A program made the position numbers and the translations under genes. Positions 1 through 14,975 of a stretch of DNA of 64,000 nucleotides are shown in pieces. The notes under the pieces are model-generated. The model saw nothing but the letters and a program-made list of their open reading frames with translations, did no database searches and was not told the DNA's origin. Position 1 is the first letter of the stretch, and each line of letters opens with the position of its first letter. This DNA comes from Chrysomallon squamiferum (taxonomy: Eukaryota > Animalia > Mollusca), in assembly GCA_012295275.1 (NCBI GenBank), contig CM022673.1:29264001-29328000 (forward strand), given 5' to 3'.

Positions 1-2755
1 TATGAAGAAAAATCCTTTTTTGTCACCACATTAACATAAGCTTTGCTGGAATCGTCGCGTAGATATGAGAAGTCTGATATTAACGACAAACAGCAGCGTG
101 AAGTAAAGATAATATGTTAATGTTAACACAAAAGTATGGGAATCTTCCACATTGACTGTCTGCCTCTGTCTGCTAATGATCCAACATGTCATCTACACAA
201 TACAGAAATCATCGGAGAATTTCTATTTATTGATATTTATTACGAATACCAGAATACACTTTGTGGCAGAAAAAAAAAAAAAAAAAAAAGGTGTTTTATA
301 TTAGTGGAATAAATCTTCATATTCTAGAAAAACAAGAGACAGAAGAATCATGAAAGTTTCTTATTGTCAGAAATATCATCATAAGACGTTCATTTCTCAA
401 TCTGGAGTTCACAGGATCGATCCTTCTCGGGGAATCTAACTTTTTATTTCGCATTCTGTTAGATGATGAGTTGAATATATAGTAATGTAATAATAAGAAG
501 ATACAACAACAATTATGATTAATTTGTAAACAAGGACGTCTTGTGTAAAAAAAAAAATTAAATCCCTTTCGTATATTAAAGTTTTTGATGGATTAATAGC
601 AAACAAGACCTCCTGTTGGTCAGTATATCATTAACCAATTTTTTCTCTTTTTTTTGTGATGTTTATTCTGTACATGAATGTATTTATATACATATGAATA
701 ACAACACAAAATCGTTGCGATAAGAATGTTCATCAGATGTGAATTTATAGCGAATGGTTCTCAAAATTTTACATGGTTTTCTCCCAAATAATAAACCCTG
801 CCTGTTTACTACCATACACTGTAATTTTCTATATACACACGCAGATACGCACACATCCGCCCACACAACTCTTACAAGTAACAACATATCATCAAGAAAG
901 AGCTGCACCAGTCTTCAAAGCGCAGATATAAATTATCTTTTATCTTTGGAAGAAATCAACAACAGGAGACATGATCTTCATTAATAACTGCTAAAAAAAA
1001 ACACCTGAAAATTCAGAAATAGACCGCTAATTATAACCTAGCACAGAAAGAAGTGTTAAAGAAAAATATAATCGAATTTGGTTATAGTAGGCAAAGGGAA
1101 GATGCAATAGATTTTTGTCTTGATATTTCGTTGAACGTGTTTGATGGAGAAATTTCAGGCGGTGGACGCAGTGTGAATGTTGGTGGTCTTTCACAGATCA
1201 GTATTTTTAGTTTTCCACGCAAAATCCGATCAGATCGGTTGTAATGACAGTTAACCGCTTCGCTTTCTCTCTCGTTTTCAGTTAGATCCTTTCGTTGTGA
1301 AATCAGTTAGGCGGAAGGAAAGACACGTTTTTTGTAAAGAAATTTTATATATATATATATATATTGTTTGTTTTATTTCTGTTTTAGCGCTTAAACGAAC
1401 AAACTGAGTGCGAATGTCTTCCTTGATGATTACACTATGTTAAATATTTTAATAAGGTAATGAGAATTATTATTTATTTAATACAAACACAAACACACAC
1501 TCACACACATACACACACACCTATATACAGATAGATAGAAATGGATACAGACAGATGGATGGATGGATGGTGGATGGATAGATAAAAATATATATTAAAA
1601 AGATAGATATATACATACAGACAGACTGACAAACAGACAGTTAGGAAAATGGCAAAAGCATACATCATACATACACAGATTTAGACGCACATACATACAT
1701 ACATACATACATACATACGTAAGCACGTAACTTGGATTTCTGAGTTCACTAAAACGATTTCATTTACCATTAACCTAATACGAATAAATCTGCACAAATT
1801 GGGTTTGGTCAAATCCTGAGAAAAGAACAGGTTTATATATTAATTAACTATGCACGTGCTAGCACGCAATTTTTACTTTTTGAAAAATGTTGTCGTTTCC
1901 AAAAAATAATTGGAAATCCAGAAATTACATGAAATAGAAGCAACCTTTCGAAAGTTTGATAAACAAAATAAAAACTGTAGTGGTTGATGTAGTACACTAT
2001 TATGCTGTGAGCTAAAACCTAAATATTTTAACATCCGAATTTAAAATAAAATTAATCTGTGGATTTTGACCATGTAGACTTACAGTCGCAAATCTTCCTA
2101 GGAGCACTGATATTTAGTAATAAAATAATAATTAACTAAGACGTATTTTAAAATTCGCCTGTTCCAGTCATCGAGTCTGCTGTATAAACACTAAAACTTG
2201 TAAAGTTATTAATAACTGTCTTTTCTAGCTATTAAATAATTATTCGTGTGCGTATTAAAAAAAAAGTAATTGATATTTCACAGAAAACACTACAGAAAAC
2301 ACTACAGAAAACACTGAGTTTTGTTTTTATTGCAGTTGTCTTTCACTGTGAGAATGTAAGAAAAACTAACTTTGGCTCTGTATTTGTTTCTTCAAAGAAA
2401 ATGATGGCATGTTTATTTAGTTCGTTCTAAAAACATTCTGTATAATAAATATCATGTTTTACAGTGTGTTTTTTTGTTTTGTTTTGTTTTTGTATTTGGA
2501 TTTTTCACCGTTTTTCCTTGTTTTGGTTCTTAATATAGCATTCGTGAATCTATGATTAGAATGCAGAGGAAAGAAAATTAAAACAGTTAATCGTTAATGT
2601 TTCATTTCACATGCTAGTTAATTTTATCGAAGCACAAGTGCATGATTAACATAATAAAAAAACTTATAGATAAAAAGAATCAATTCACAATCGTATTTTC
2701 CTTAGTCTCTATCGTAGAAATGATGATGACAAAGTGTAAAATATTTGGCTGCCAA

Positions 2756-2800
<45 letters not shown>

Positions 2801-3130
2801 GTTCCATTTCTTTCCTTCTGAATCTCTCTTCCTTTGCTCTCCTTCCTTCTCAGTTTCGTTTTTCATTTCTCTGTTCCATTTCTTTTTCTTTCCTGCTGGT
2901 TCTTTCCTCCTGAATCTCTTTAATTTTATGCTGATCTTGCCTCCTTCTATGAATGAGTTTCGTTACCGCTCATAATGCATTCTTTTTGTTCTTTTTCAAA
3001 AAAAAAAAAAAAAAAATTCTTGCTGGTTAATTGCCTCCAGTTCTTCGCTAGTAATTTACAAAAGCCTGATCCAGCCGATGTCTATGAATGATTTATACCA
3101 AAGATTTTATATATGTATTTACACACACAC

Positions 3131-3165
<35 letters not shown>

Positions 3166-3874
3166 TACACGCCCACACACACATATATAAATGCATATAA
3201 ACTCAAACACATGTATATTCGTATGACATCAAAACGTGATTAGCATTCATAGATTTAATACGCACGCAGATAAGTTTATTTATAAATAACCAAGACGTAT
3301 ATTAGACACACAGAGGGATTTCACTCTGACCACCGCAGATTACACACGTCAGACCGAATCACATTATCTCTGACTTACGGTCACCGTAATCCTGCATTAG
3401 CCTCATCTAAATTACACACAGACAGAAATACATATTTACCTCTCATAAAAGTTACAGATGTGTACGTTTATATATACAGCACGTGGTATTCTGGTACTGT
3501 CGACTGCTGTATCTTAACAGTTCTAGATACTCGTTCAGTGACGTATGAAAGATATATGTATAGATATAAGTTTAATACGTTTCAGTTTATTTAGGCTACA
3601 GTGAATGCAAGGATGAAATGTGATATTTAGTGCTGATAACAAATCCATTAATTAATTTGTTTTTAATGCAAGTGTCTTCTGACAAACGGTATTAATGTTT
3701 GCTTTTTCGTTTAATCTTTAATATTATCGGGTTATGTCTTTAAAAAAAGAGAGAGAGAAAGAAAAAAGAGAGAGAGAGAAGAGGATGAGTACTAAAAAGT
3801 ATTACATTTATGTATATCCATGCCACAAAATGAGAAATCTTTGTTTGACGTGCTGCCAAAAAAATAATAGATTT

Positions 3875-4205
3875 TTAATTCTAATGTGTATTCGTGTTTA
3901 AAAAAGTATGTTTAATGTGCATGTGTGTTTTATATTTAATTTAAATGTGTATGTGTTTTATATCTAATTTTAATTTGTATGTGTGTTTTGTATTTAATTT
4001 TAATGTGTATGTGGGTTTTATATTTAATTTAAAATGTGTATGTGTGTTTTATATTTAATTTAAAATGTGTATGTGTATGTGTTGTTTTGTATTTAATTTA
4101 AAATGTGTATGTGTTTTATATTTAATTTAAAATGTGTAATGTGTTGTTTTGTATTTAATTTAAAATGTGTATGTAGGGATTTTATATCTAATTTTAATGT
4201 GTATA
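3875..4205. repeat. AT-rich degenerate minisatellite (~28-34 bp units)
   Basis: Repeated tatttaatttaaaatgtgtatgtg(t)gtttt motif, about 10 copies. Confidence 0.9.
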
Positions 4206-7200
4206 CGTGATACAAACCAGAGATAATTTTATGCGTGTGCGTGACACACAATCTACGCAGCATGCGTGTTACTCTGACTTCTCCCGTGGTCAGTTTAGAC
4301 GTATCAGTTTCAAGAGTCCTTTGCGGCGGTGAGTAAGCTCGGTAAAGACCGCTGTTTAATTATGTTGACGTCAGTGATCTGCACTGTGTTTCATTCCGTC
4401 TTCTGTTTTTAATTAAGACCACTGCACGACTGAGAACTGAAAAGCTTTTAGAAACACGTTTCCGTGAGTTTTCTTTATATACACCAGTGCATGCGATCTT
4501 GTATGAGTTAAAATGTGCGTTTATGTTTATATATATTGTGTTTGTACGTATGTATGAATATATGTATATTATGTATGGTTATTATATATATATATATATG
4601 TTTTATTTGTATATGTATATATATATATGTATGTATGTTTGTATGTATGTAGATATGTATGCATGTAGATATATATGTATATATGTATGTAGTTGTATAA
4701 TTCTAAAGTAAAACAAAATATAAACTCGCTTTAATTCAGATATTTGATTCAAGCTGAAAAGAACAAATATCTCAAATATTGCTGAAGACAGTTTAAATGT
4801 TATTATATCATAATTGTCTTTAAAAGAATCACAACGAGGTTGCTCAGCAGTTGTATTCATTCTTCATACCACGAGCACCTTCGACAAAATTATTTTTGGG
4901 GGAAGAAATATATTCTAACTATAAAGTACTAAAAAAGCGATTGATCTTTGAGACGGGGAGAAAACAAATTAATGACTGGATTAATGACAAAACAGAGGAA
5001 AGATTCCCCAGAGAAGCGAACCGATAACACCGAGCAATCCGTTCTTTGATTAACAGCTTCCATAGTTTACACTGCAGAGGCGCGATGTATGAATCACTTC
5101 TCAGAGCTGAAAACACTGCCGAAGATTTGTATCAAGCAGGTGATTAAAATATGAAACATTTTTCTTCGCACCGGCAGTCTCTGTTTGGTTTCATTTTATT
5201 TGACAGCCGAAGAAGCTGGGCTTTTTTTTTGTTTTGTTTTTTTGCGGTCTGTAAAAACATCATCTGCGTTAAATTGTTAAACAGTTAGAGAAAATTACTG
5301 CATTAATTAACAAAACATATTTTGCTGTTGCCTGATCGCTTTCAAGTAATTTCACAGTATTTAAAATCGGATCGAGATTTAATGGGTTTTTTTATTTTTT
5401 TTAATTAATGTTTTTTTGTTGTTGGTTTTTTTCCCAGATATACATCATCTTCAGCATCTTCCTTCTTGTTTTCCTTTTCCAGCTTCTGCTACTACTACTT
5501 TTACAATGATATTCTCCCTCTACGATTTTTATTACTATTACTACAGCTACTGTAGGATTTTTACAAAAATATTATTCAGTGTTATTACTATGTTGTTACT
5601 GATAGTAGTATTAGTATGTTGTAATTGCTGTAGTTCATTCGTTGTCATTGTTGTTGTTATCATCATCGTCGTCATTTATTGCTGTTTTCATTATTTATTT
5701 ATTTACGTATGTTGTGAACATTTACATAGGCGTCATGTTGGCATCAGTCATAATAATAATAATAACAGCCCGCTATTGCAAAGCTGTTATATAAATGAGG
5801 AAAATAAAACCCAGGATAAATAATTATTCATTGTCGGCGACTTCAGCTGTCTCTGTAACATTACGTGTTTTCCTAACACATTTATCGTAATGAAACGTCA
5901 AACGTCTGAACTGCTGGGATCTACAATTAGCATTGTCTATGCCGCTACTTTGCAGAAAATGCCACCGAAACTATACTGAACAAAAAGTCATTAGGGATCG
6001 TGAATTATTATTCATATTAAAATATACAGTTTATCACTGGCAATCAAATTCAGTAAAGTTCACATAAAATACATTTTTTTACTTCTTAATTTGAGTGTTC
6101 GTATCCTCTGGTAGAACTGTGTACGTCTAAAAGTGAAAATACGGTATGATTCGTAACTGTCAGTTTTTTAATATGAAGTCGAATTTCGTTCGGACAATAA
6201 TATTTGTCATTAAATTTCCTTTTTCTATATCGTATCCGTGTGTTTTATTTATATTATTATTGTTTTTGTTATTCTTATTATTTTTATTTTATTTATTATT
6301 ATTATTTTTTTACTCTTATTAATATTTAGATATTGTTGCTACCATACTGCCAGTACTTTCTGTAGGCGGCATCAAGCATTGCATGGCTTGTTTAGGGTCG
6401 TATTCTTGATGTTCAGCCATTAAAACGATGCATAATTTATCGTGTAACTACAGATCTAACGCTACTGACGTTATTCTACTTCAAAACTGAATATTTAACA
6501 TTATTTTGTGTAATGAAATGCTAACATGTTCTTACATTTAAAAAAAAAAAAAAATTAAATTTCATCAGTTTTGTTAAACACCACGAAAGTTAATGCCAGA
6601 TATTTTCACCTGTGTGCAAACAAAGTTGTGTAAGTACTATCAACTGTCTGACATTCCTGTTGTGTTTCTTTTTCTCTTCATTTGATGTTGCGCATTGTTG
6701 TGTTTGCTAAGTTCTTTCGTATAAATAAGAGTATTTGGTTTTCAGGGCCAGCGTTCTGACTTAAGTCATCGATTAAGTTGAAAAACCTTGACTCAGTGAT
6801 GCATCCGTGCAACTTGAACTTGTTTTAATATTAATGGTTATCTGGTATCATTTGTTCTGGAGAAGGATTTTACTGTTGCTGCTGCTGCTGTTGCTATTGT
6901 TGTTGCTACTGTTGTTTTTAACAGCAAGAGATCTATAATATTACACACTGCCACAGAAGGTAAAAAAATATTCAGTCGCTTTCAAAAATCCTGTATTGAT
7001 GTATTAACTGAAAAGTGAAATAGAAGAATGAATTGTTACAGTACAATTGAGTCTCAGTTCTACCTCTGAATCAAAGCCTACTCCTTGATTCAGAGTTGAA
7101 TGTGAATAGAAATGATCTCTAAAGAATTATGTATACGTAGATCGAAACTTGCGTGCTACACTTTGATTTTTCCAGATATCGTATTTCAAACACCCGAGTT

Positions 7201-8106
7201 GTCACAAAGATGTATTGCGCAACAAGGTTACTGGAATTAAATTAGGAGAACTCAGTAAAATCTATAACTTTCTATTTGCATTCGTTTTTTATGATTTGAG
7301 TCGCGACGTGTCTCTCTGTATCAAATGATGCTTGCACAAGGACATTGGGGAATAATTTTCGACATTTTGGCGTCAGTCTAATTCAGTTATCCATTGCTTA
7401 GTTATTATTTGAAGGCTCATCACGACTCCACTATTAACTTCTGATCACTGCGAACCTCTCTGGGTTACGAAAAGGATTATTTCACTATTACACAGACAGG
7501 AAACGCGACCGTAGAAAATGCGACTAAATATATTGGAATATTACACACTCTAACATGACAGAGCACCCTTTTAAACGAGTACACTGATAGACGTCCAGAG
7601 GGAAATGTTTTAAAATCGTTTGTTAACACTTAAATATTTTAAAAGTGTCACACAATTTCCATTCCCTTTCCTGGCCGTTAGACAGAAATCATTTACAAAA
7701 GATTCCAAACTGCTTCATGAATTTTCGTTAACACGTTACACGAAATAGTCAAGTGGGCGTTTTAGTGATTTTTAGATTTAACCTCTTTTTCTTTATCTGT
7801 CGTAACTTCTTCACACTGTCAATAATTTTTAAAGTGTTCCTATATATATATTGTATATTTCTGGCATCTAATTTTAACCAATAATAACTTAATAATATTT
7901 TAATAAGGTAATACAAGCTTCTATTCTTGTACAGAGAAATGCATAAAATAAAGTATATATGAAACAGAACAAAATAAAATAATTTCCGATATACTGAGAA
8001 CACGTAATAAAGTACGGTTACGAGCAACAAAACATTTAATAATTTAAAAGAAAATAAGACTTCGGAGTTCAATTTCACTGATTTCATAATGTTGTCGTTG
8101 CCGTAG

Positions 8107-8500
8107 ATGACTAAGGAATGGACTTGAGATGTTAAATTAAATCCGAAGAAAACTCCATGCACAGAGTTCAGTCTGGCCAACAAAGGCCTAAAAGCCAAGC
8201 TCCAGATTGAAGGAAACAAATTACCTCTCGATGAAGAGCCAACCTACTTAGGGATCTCATTTGATAGCAGGATGTCATGGAAAACACAGATTAAGAAAAG
8301 CACTAGCAGAACCAAATTGCATATGCTACTTATGAAGAAGCTATCAGGAACATAATGGTGCGCTAAATACAACAAACAAAGAAAACTGTGAACAAGCTGG
8401 TTTAGACCTATATTAGAACATGGAACGACATACTGGGAAACGGTAGCAAAAACAAACTCCAACAAAATTGCAAAAGGCCAAAACCAAGCTTTAGCATTCC
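8107..8500 (+). mobile_element. Decayed non-LTR retrotransposon ORF2 fragment (region after the RT core; I/Nimb/ingi-like)
   Basis: Manual translation gives ...KLNPKKT..EFSL...EEPTYLGISFDSRMSWKTQI...LMKKLSGT*WCA...L*TSWFRPILEHGTTYWETVAKTN..KIAKGQNQAL. This matches LINE motifs YLG.FD..L.W..HI, LSG..WGA, RP.LEYG...W and QN.AL, with three in-frame stops. Confidence 0.8.
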
Positions 8501-8744
8501 AGAAAATGAGGAAGAAGACAGGTTTTCAATAGAAGGTAAATTGGTCCAGCAAAATTTGGAAATCCTATGTGAGGCGAAGTAAAACAAACATAAACAGACG
8601 ACGACTGCAACAATACCCGAATTATAGCAGAGACAGCTACCACCAGTTTTTAAGAGAAGATCGGGTAATGATAAGACACCCGAGAACAATCAGTGTACAT
8701 TCACACGCGAAGGAAATTCCTACACTAGAACGTGTCGTTACAAC

Positions 8745-8786
8745 ACAGTCACAGTGTCAGTGTCAGTGTCAGTGTCAGTGTCAGTG
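8745..8786. repeat. (CAGTGT)n hexamer microsatellite
   Basis: About six copies of cagtgt, producing QCQCQC in the ORF track. Confidence 0.9.
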
Positions 8787-8833
8787 GAACATCTGCAAAC
8801 TTGTCCACCTAACAGAAGCAGAGAAAATCTTTA

Positions 8834-9314
8834 CAGCGGAGAGCAGCTCGAGCTACTGAAGTCTGTGTCTGAGCGTTCAGCGGAGAGCAGTTCGAGCTAC
8901 TGAAGTCTGTGTCTGAGCGTTCAGCGGAGAGCAGTTCGAGCTACTGAAGTCTGTGTCTGAGCGTTCAGCGGAGAGCAGTTCGAGCTACTGAAGTCTGTGT
9001 CTGAGCGTTCAGCGGAGCAGTTCGAGCTACTGAAGTCTGTGTCTGAGCGTTCAGCGGAGCAGTTCGAGCTACTGAAGTCTGTGTCTGAGCGTTCAGCGGA
9101 GCAGTTCGAGCTACTGAAGTCTGTGTCTGAGCGTTCAGCGGAGCAGTTCGAGCTACTGAAGTCTGTGTCTGAGCGTTCAGCGGAGAGCAGCTCGAGCTAC
9201 TGAAGTCTGTGTCTGAGCGTTCAGCGGAGAGCAGTTCGAGCTACTGAAGTCTGTGTCTGAGCGTTCAGCGGAGAGCAGTTCGAGCTACTGAAGTCTGTGT
9301 CTGAGCGTTCAGCG
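8834..9314. repeat. GC-rich minisatellite, 11 units of 44/42 bp
   Basis: Unit cagcgg(ag)agcagttcgagctactgaagtctgtgtctgagcgtt starts at 8834, 8878, 8922, 8966, 9010, 9052, 9094, 9136, 9178, 9222 and 9266, with a partial unit at 9310. Confidence 0.97.
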
Positions 9315-9589
9315 ACGAAGAAGAAGAAGAATACCAAGGATGCTAAATGTCGAGGATAAGTGTTTCCTTGTTGACTGAAGAGAGAGAGAAAACTGCTGAT
9401 GTTATCTTCCTGGATTAGCATTTATATGTGAGACGTTCCATATCAGCATTTATGTATACACACACATACATCCACATGCATACGGAAACACACACACACA
9501 CACACACACTCCACACGCACACACACACGCACACACACACACTCACACGCACACACACACACTCACACACATATATATACAGACAAACA

Positions 9590-9712
9590 TCCTTCCCTTC
9601 GGATAAACTTTATACACCGCTATCGCTATGGTTGTTGGACTCTGGCTGGTTCAGTGGGGACGTTGACAAAATTTGATCCTGCGAACCGTCACGTCTCGGA
9701 CCAGTGCTCACA
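9590..9712 (-). mobile_element. Degenerate SINE 5' half (tRNA-like head)
   Basis: The reverse complement gagcactggtccgagacgtgacggttcgcaggatcaaat...ccagccagagtccaacaac has a degraded tRNA-like head and a body similar to the same SINE family. Recognised by eye only. Confidence 0.4.
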
Positions 9713-10948
9713 AAATCGATCTTCTTAAAAATATCAGAACATTGTTTTGTGACAACCTCACACTGAATGTCAAACTTACATCGTGTCAGTGATGTTACTT
9801 TTATTAGACGGGTTTTAAATTTGTAATGCAGTTCGTTTTAACATAATTTCCGACTCAGTAAATAGCCGTTTCATGTAGACAGCGGCCCTGTTATGAATAT
9901 TTATTTTCGATTCCTGAGAGGTTTATGTTTTTTGAATATTCTGTTTCCAAGGACTACGTCTGGGGTTGCTTATTTCTGGAAGGATGACGTGTATGTATGT
10001 GTATATGTTTGCATAATACTAAAGTAAACAGGAGTTCGCAGTATTGATAAATATTTGAAATATGTATGTAAGTATGTGTGTCGGTATGTATAGATGTATG
10101 CATCTATGTATGTGTATTTAGGTATGTATATATATAATGTAACATAAGCTTATTACAGCTGTATTATTGATCTAACTTCCAGGGTTAAAAAAAGACAAAA
10201 GAAGAATGCATTCAATCATTCTCCAGTTTATATTCTTAATACAAAAATAACCATCGACGAGGCTTGATCAATGGAAACAGATGCCATAAATGAGCCCTCA
10301 AATTGCACAGGTCTCCGTAATTTCAATAGTCCGAGGACTGGAGCCATGTTAAGAGATATCTCCCATTCTGAACTGAATAGCATTTAGAAATTATGTTCGA
10401 TCGGTCACGTGTGTTTGAAATATAGCAGAGTGGGTCGGTGGAGACTTTATGTCCATACTTAACAAAACTACGTAATTGGCTTTCAGATGTCTGTGTTGGA
10501 GATTCCCTTTAAATCATATGGTTTTAAGGCAGCAAAGCAAATACGGAGTTTGCAACTCTCCTTGTAACCGATTATCGGTCAATTTCGCTTCACAAAATAA
10601 TTGGTCTTACTGGGACTGTATGTTTCTGAGCAAATATCGATCGCCAAAATGAGAACAGTTTGCACTTCTGAAACAAATGACTAACTTCAGCATCTCACAC
10701 AGCGTTGGTATATCTTTCAAAACAAGATAGGAATTAAAGATACTGTGCATGTTAAAATTCTATATCTGGTAAAGGGGATTATGTTATGAATGTGATGCAT
10801 AATTCAAATGGTAGGGTCGTGTTTTTGCATTTTGATCGTTTGGTATGTTTATTGTTTAATTTTTCATAAACGTGACTTAAATTTTTTTTTTTTTTTTTTT
10901 GAATCCGAATTCGATAACTTAAACTGACTGTAGATATTTGGTTACCAT

Positions 10949-10951
<3 letters not shown>

Positions 10952-11030
<79 letters not shown>
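10952..11030. repeat. (CT)n microsatellite
   Basis: Perfect dinucleotide run. Confidence 0.98.
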
Positions 11031-11035
<5 letters not shown>

Positions 11036-14000
11036 TTCTGTGTTTTTTAAAACATTCATTCCATTTAATATGGTAATCATTAAATTCATAATTAAATAAC
11101 CTTCCTTTCTACTAAATATGCCTCCTATGCTTCACTAAGTATACATTTTAAGCAGTTGACCAAACGAATGTTCTTTATGTTAACGCGATGATGCAGGGGG
11201 TTACAGTTATTACGAAGTGAATATTACGTCATCAAAAAGTTCATTAAATTTATTTTGTATTGATTTATTCTGTGTTTTGTACCACGACAAATTTCTTGCA
11301 CAACAGTCGTACATTTTATACAAAACCGAAGGCCATCTCATGTTGGTTTGAAACATACATTAACTGATTGTGTCATGCTTTAGTTTATTGCTAGTTTAAC
11401 ACATTAGCGCGAAAAACGAAACAATAATAAAATTATAAATTTATTTTTGAAAATCCAAAAACAGGTTTTGTTAATGTGCATGATTTTAGAAATCAATGAA
11501 CAATAAATGCTGGGATTTGAAATAAAAAACGAAAAAAAAAAAAGAGAAAGAAAAACGAAAAAAAAAAGTCGAAGGAATGAAAATAAATAACTAACGAACA
11601 AAGCAGTTGTTCATTTACAGAGAATAAAGTCTGACAGTTCGAGATCAGGAATCATGATAAATCTGAAAACAGTGGAAATGATAAATTGCATCTGGAAACT
11701 CGGTAGACATGCATTGTTTGGAAATGTCTGTTTTTATATCTGATGATGTTTACAGCTTATAAAATAATATTTAATTACTACACATTTAAGTTCGAAGTAT
11801 CAAGTGCAAAAAAAACTAAAACTAAAAAAAAAAAACATTTTAAATTAAAAAAAAGAGAAAAGAAATAAAATGTATACAAATGGTTGATGAAAAAACATTA
11901 TTATAAAATATTTTACAATTTATCTCACTACCAGCGTAATCGTGTCATGCTGTAATATTTTAGTCAGGATTTTACGACTCTGACACATTTTAGATGATTT
12001 ATTAAATAATTGTTGTTTTGTGTGTGTTATTCCTTTTTTTTTTTTTTTTGTTTAATAGTTCTGTCCTCACTGTGTACGGGTAAGTAGTATGTATGTATGT
12101 ATGTATGTATGTATCTATGTATGTATATATGTATCTATGTATGTATGTATGTATGTATATATGTATCTATGTATGTATATATGCATGTATTATATATTTA
12201 TATGTGTGTGTTGTATATGTCTGTATATATGAATGTACCTATATATGTGTTTGTATACATATATATAATATATATATAAAATCACAGAAAACATTAGAGG
12301 ATATGTATGATTGTGTGTATTACTATTTAAAAGTATTTCAAAGAGAGAAAGAAAGAATGTGTATGCGTTTGTTTGACGAATTTAAAGAACATTACCATAC
12401 GTATATAATATTTCCACACAAACACATACATAATGTGTGTGTGTCTGTCTGTGTATGTGTGAGTGTGTGTGTGTGTGTTTGAAATAATTATCTTAGTTAA
12501 GCCCTAACGTTAATTAAAGAGGCTATGAACCGGTTTACGAGAGGGGAGACTGGGGGCTGGTGTATCACTGAGTCGCAATGAAACGAGTCTAGTCTCGGTG
12601 TTTATGGCGATCATACGACTCAGCCAGATTGTTTCTGTAGTCGGCTCCAGCAGAGATTTCTCGTGGATATTATTAATTTTTCTCTCTCTTTCTCTCTCCC
12701 GTGTGCACTGATGCGCTATCAGGAAGGGGCAGTAATTTGGACAGAATTAACCGAAATGTTTATATAAGCGTATCGAACTGCTAAAAATAAAACATAGATA
12801 AGAATTATTTCTCGACCGGTGTATTCTCAACAGAAATTCCTTTGTCGTGGACGCGTCAGAATTATTAAACGGATTATTAAAAAACTGAGGAAAGAAATAT
12901 ATCGAACAACAAAGTCGATGCATGTCTTTGCCGAAATTATTTTGGATAGCTTATAAAATCTAGTTTTGAGTCCTCTCACCTTTGTTAATTTTTTAATATA
13001 TTAATTAATGTTCACCTACATAAGCTATTCTTCAAGTCATAATCGTTTGAATATTCTGGAGAAAACAATAGCCAAGAACAAAAGACATGGAACTCTGTTT
13101 TACAATAACTTACTAGTAGATATAGATAGAGCTATGGCAGATTGAACAGTCTTTACCAGAATATCCATTACAGATATGCTGCAAAGATTCAGAACTTGAA
13201 TATAATAACTGAAGATTAAAACAAAACAACAACTGAATAAGGATATTATGAGTATATGTCATTGGTGTCGATCGTATTCTATCATTAATTTAATAGCCTT
13301 CCGAACAAGCACAGTTGTATTTTTTTCTTATTTTTTTCCCTATTGTTGTTGAGGCTGTTTTATTGCGTACATTTTGCATGCACGCGGCCATCTACTCGCA
13401 GACTTCATAGCTAGCGATAAATTATGTAGTGTCGATTGTGGGCAATTATCCGCTTGCTGTTCGGAGAAATGATTCCCCCATTTATTTAACGTCCACATCA
13501 AAGTGCGGAGACGCGAGTGCTGAGCCATTATTTCAGAGTCATTGCGAATCGGAAGCAGTTGCTAAACATAATGCACTGATAACATCAGACGAGTTTCAAA
13601 CGTGTGAATTTTCTATTAACACCGAGAGTCAAAGAGACGTTCAAAACGTGTGTCCCAGTTTACTGCGACCTCGTTAGGCTTTGCTGGGGGAAATGGTTTG
13701 TCGTCGTAATCATTGTCGTTGTTGTCGTTGTCGTCGTTATTAACATCGTAATTAATATCATCATTATGACAGTCGTAAATTGTCAGCATTACATCATCAT
13801 CATTATTATTGCTGTAGTTGTTGTTGTTGTTGCTGCTGCTACTGTTGTTGTTGTTGCTGTTGCTGTTGCTGTTGATGTTGTTCGTGTTGTTATCATCATC
13901 ATCATAATTGTCGGTAGTTGTAGATATAATTCTGGAGGAGAATAGTTGAAATAGCGCAGTCGTAGCTGTTGTAATAGCGACAGTAAATGGAAAGGGCAGT

Positions 14001-14399
14001 AGTAGCAGCCGTAGTTATAATAATTATATTAGTAGTACCAGTGTTATACGAAATGTATAGCAGTTTCACTGGTAGGAGTATAAAACTTCCGATACCAGAG
14101 TATCCTGTGTAATACCCAGTTCCTTCTAGCTGAATTCACAAAACAATTCTATATTTATATTTATTTTTAACCATAACAAACAAATCAATACTGATGTATT
14201 TTATGTCCTCTTCCCTGCAAAATAATAAAAAAATGAAAAAATGAAAAAAAAAAAAAAAAAAGTAATAAAACGACGCTTATAAATCAGTTACTTGATACCG
14301 GCTGTAATCTAAATAATTACATTTGCCGCATCAGAGTTTTTTTTGTTTTTTTTCTAAACCACATGTCACAGTAACCACTTCATTAAAACATGTTCTACT

Positions 14400-14883
14400 G
14401 TTACCATTAATGCTATAACCACCAGTACGAGTACTACTATTTATTTTACTATGATTACTTCAACTACTGTTACAGCTACAACTACTACTACTACACACAT
14501 TGCTGCGGTTGTGATGATTTGTGTCGTTTCTGCTCCTGAACCTACTGTTACCACTAACGTAAGTGTTTTTACTACTAGTACCACTACTACTACTAACATT
14601 ACTAGTACTACCACTACTACTATTACTACTAACATTACTACTACTACTATTACTATAACCACTACCACTGCTTCTATTACCACTACTATTACTAATTATT
14701 ATTACTAGAAAAGTTACTACTACTAGAATTAGAACTATCACTGGTACGACTTTTACTACTACTGTTACTACTACTACTACTAGTATTAGTACTACAACCG
14801 CTATTGCTGCTATTACTATTACTGCTATTGTTATTATAATTTTATTATAATTATTATTACTATTACTATTATTATTATTGTCG

Positions 14884-14923
<40 letters not shown>

Positions 14924-14975
14924 TCCTACTACTATTGCTTTTATTATCATTCTATTATTGTCACTATTATTAACA
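14400..14975. repeat. Compound (ACT)n/(ATT)n trinucleotide low-complexity tract
   Basis: Source of the poly-Thr, poly-Val and poly-Ser ORFs in three frames. Confidence 0.9.

Noticed and set aside
8834-9314. CRISPR-like regular repeat, or coding repeat SERSAEQFELLKSV
   Set aside because: Units are contiguous with no unique spacers, the context is eukaryotic, and the 44-bp units break the frame.
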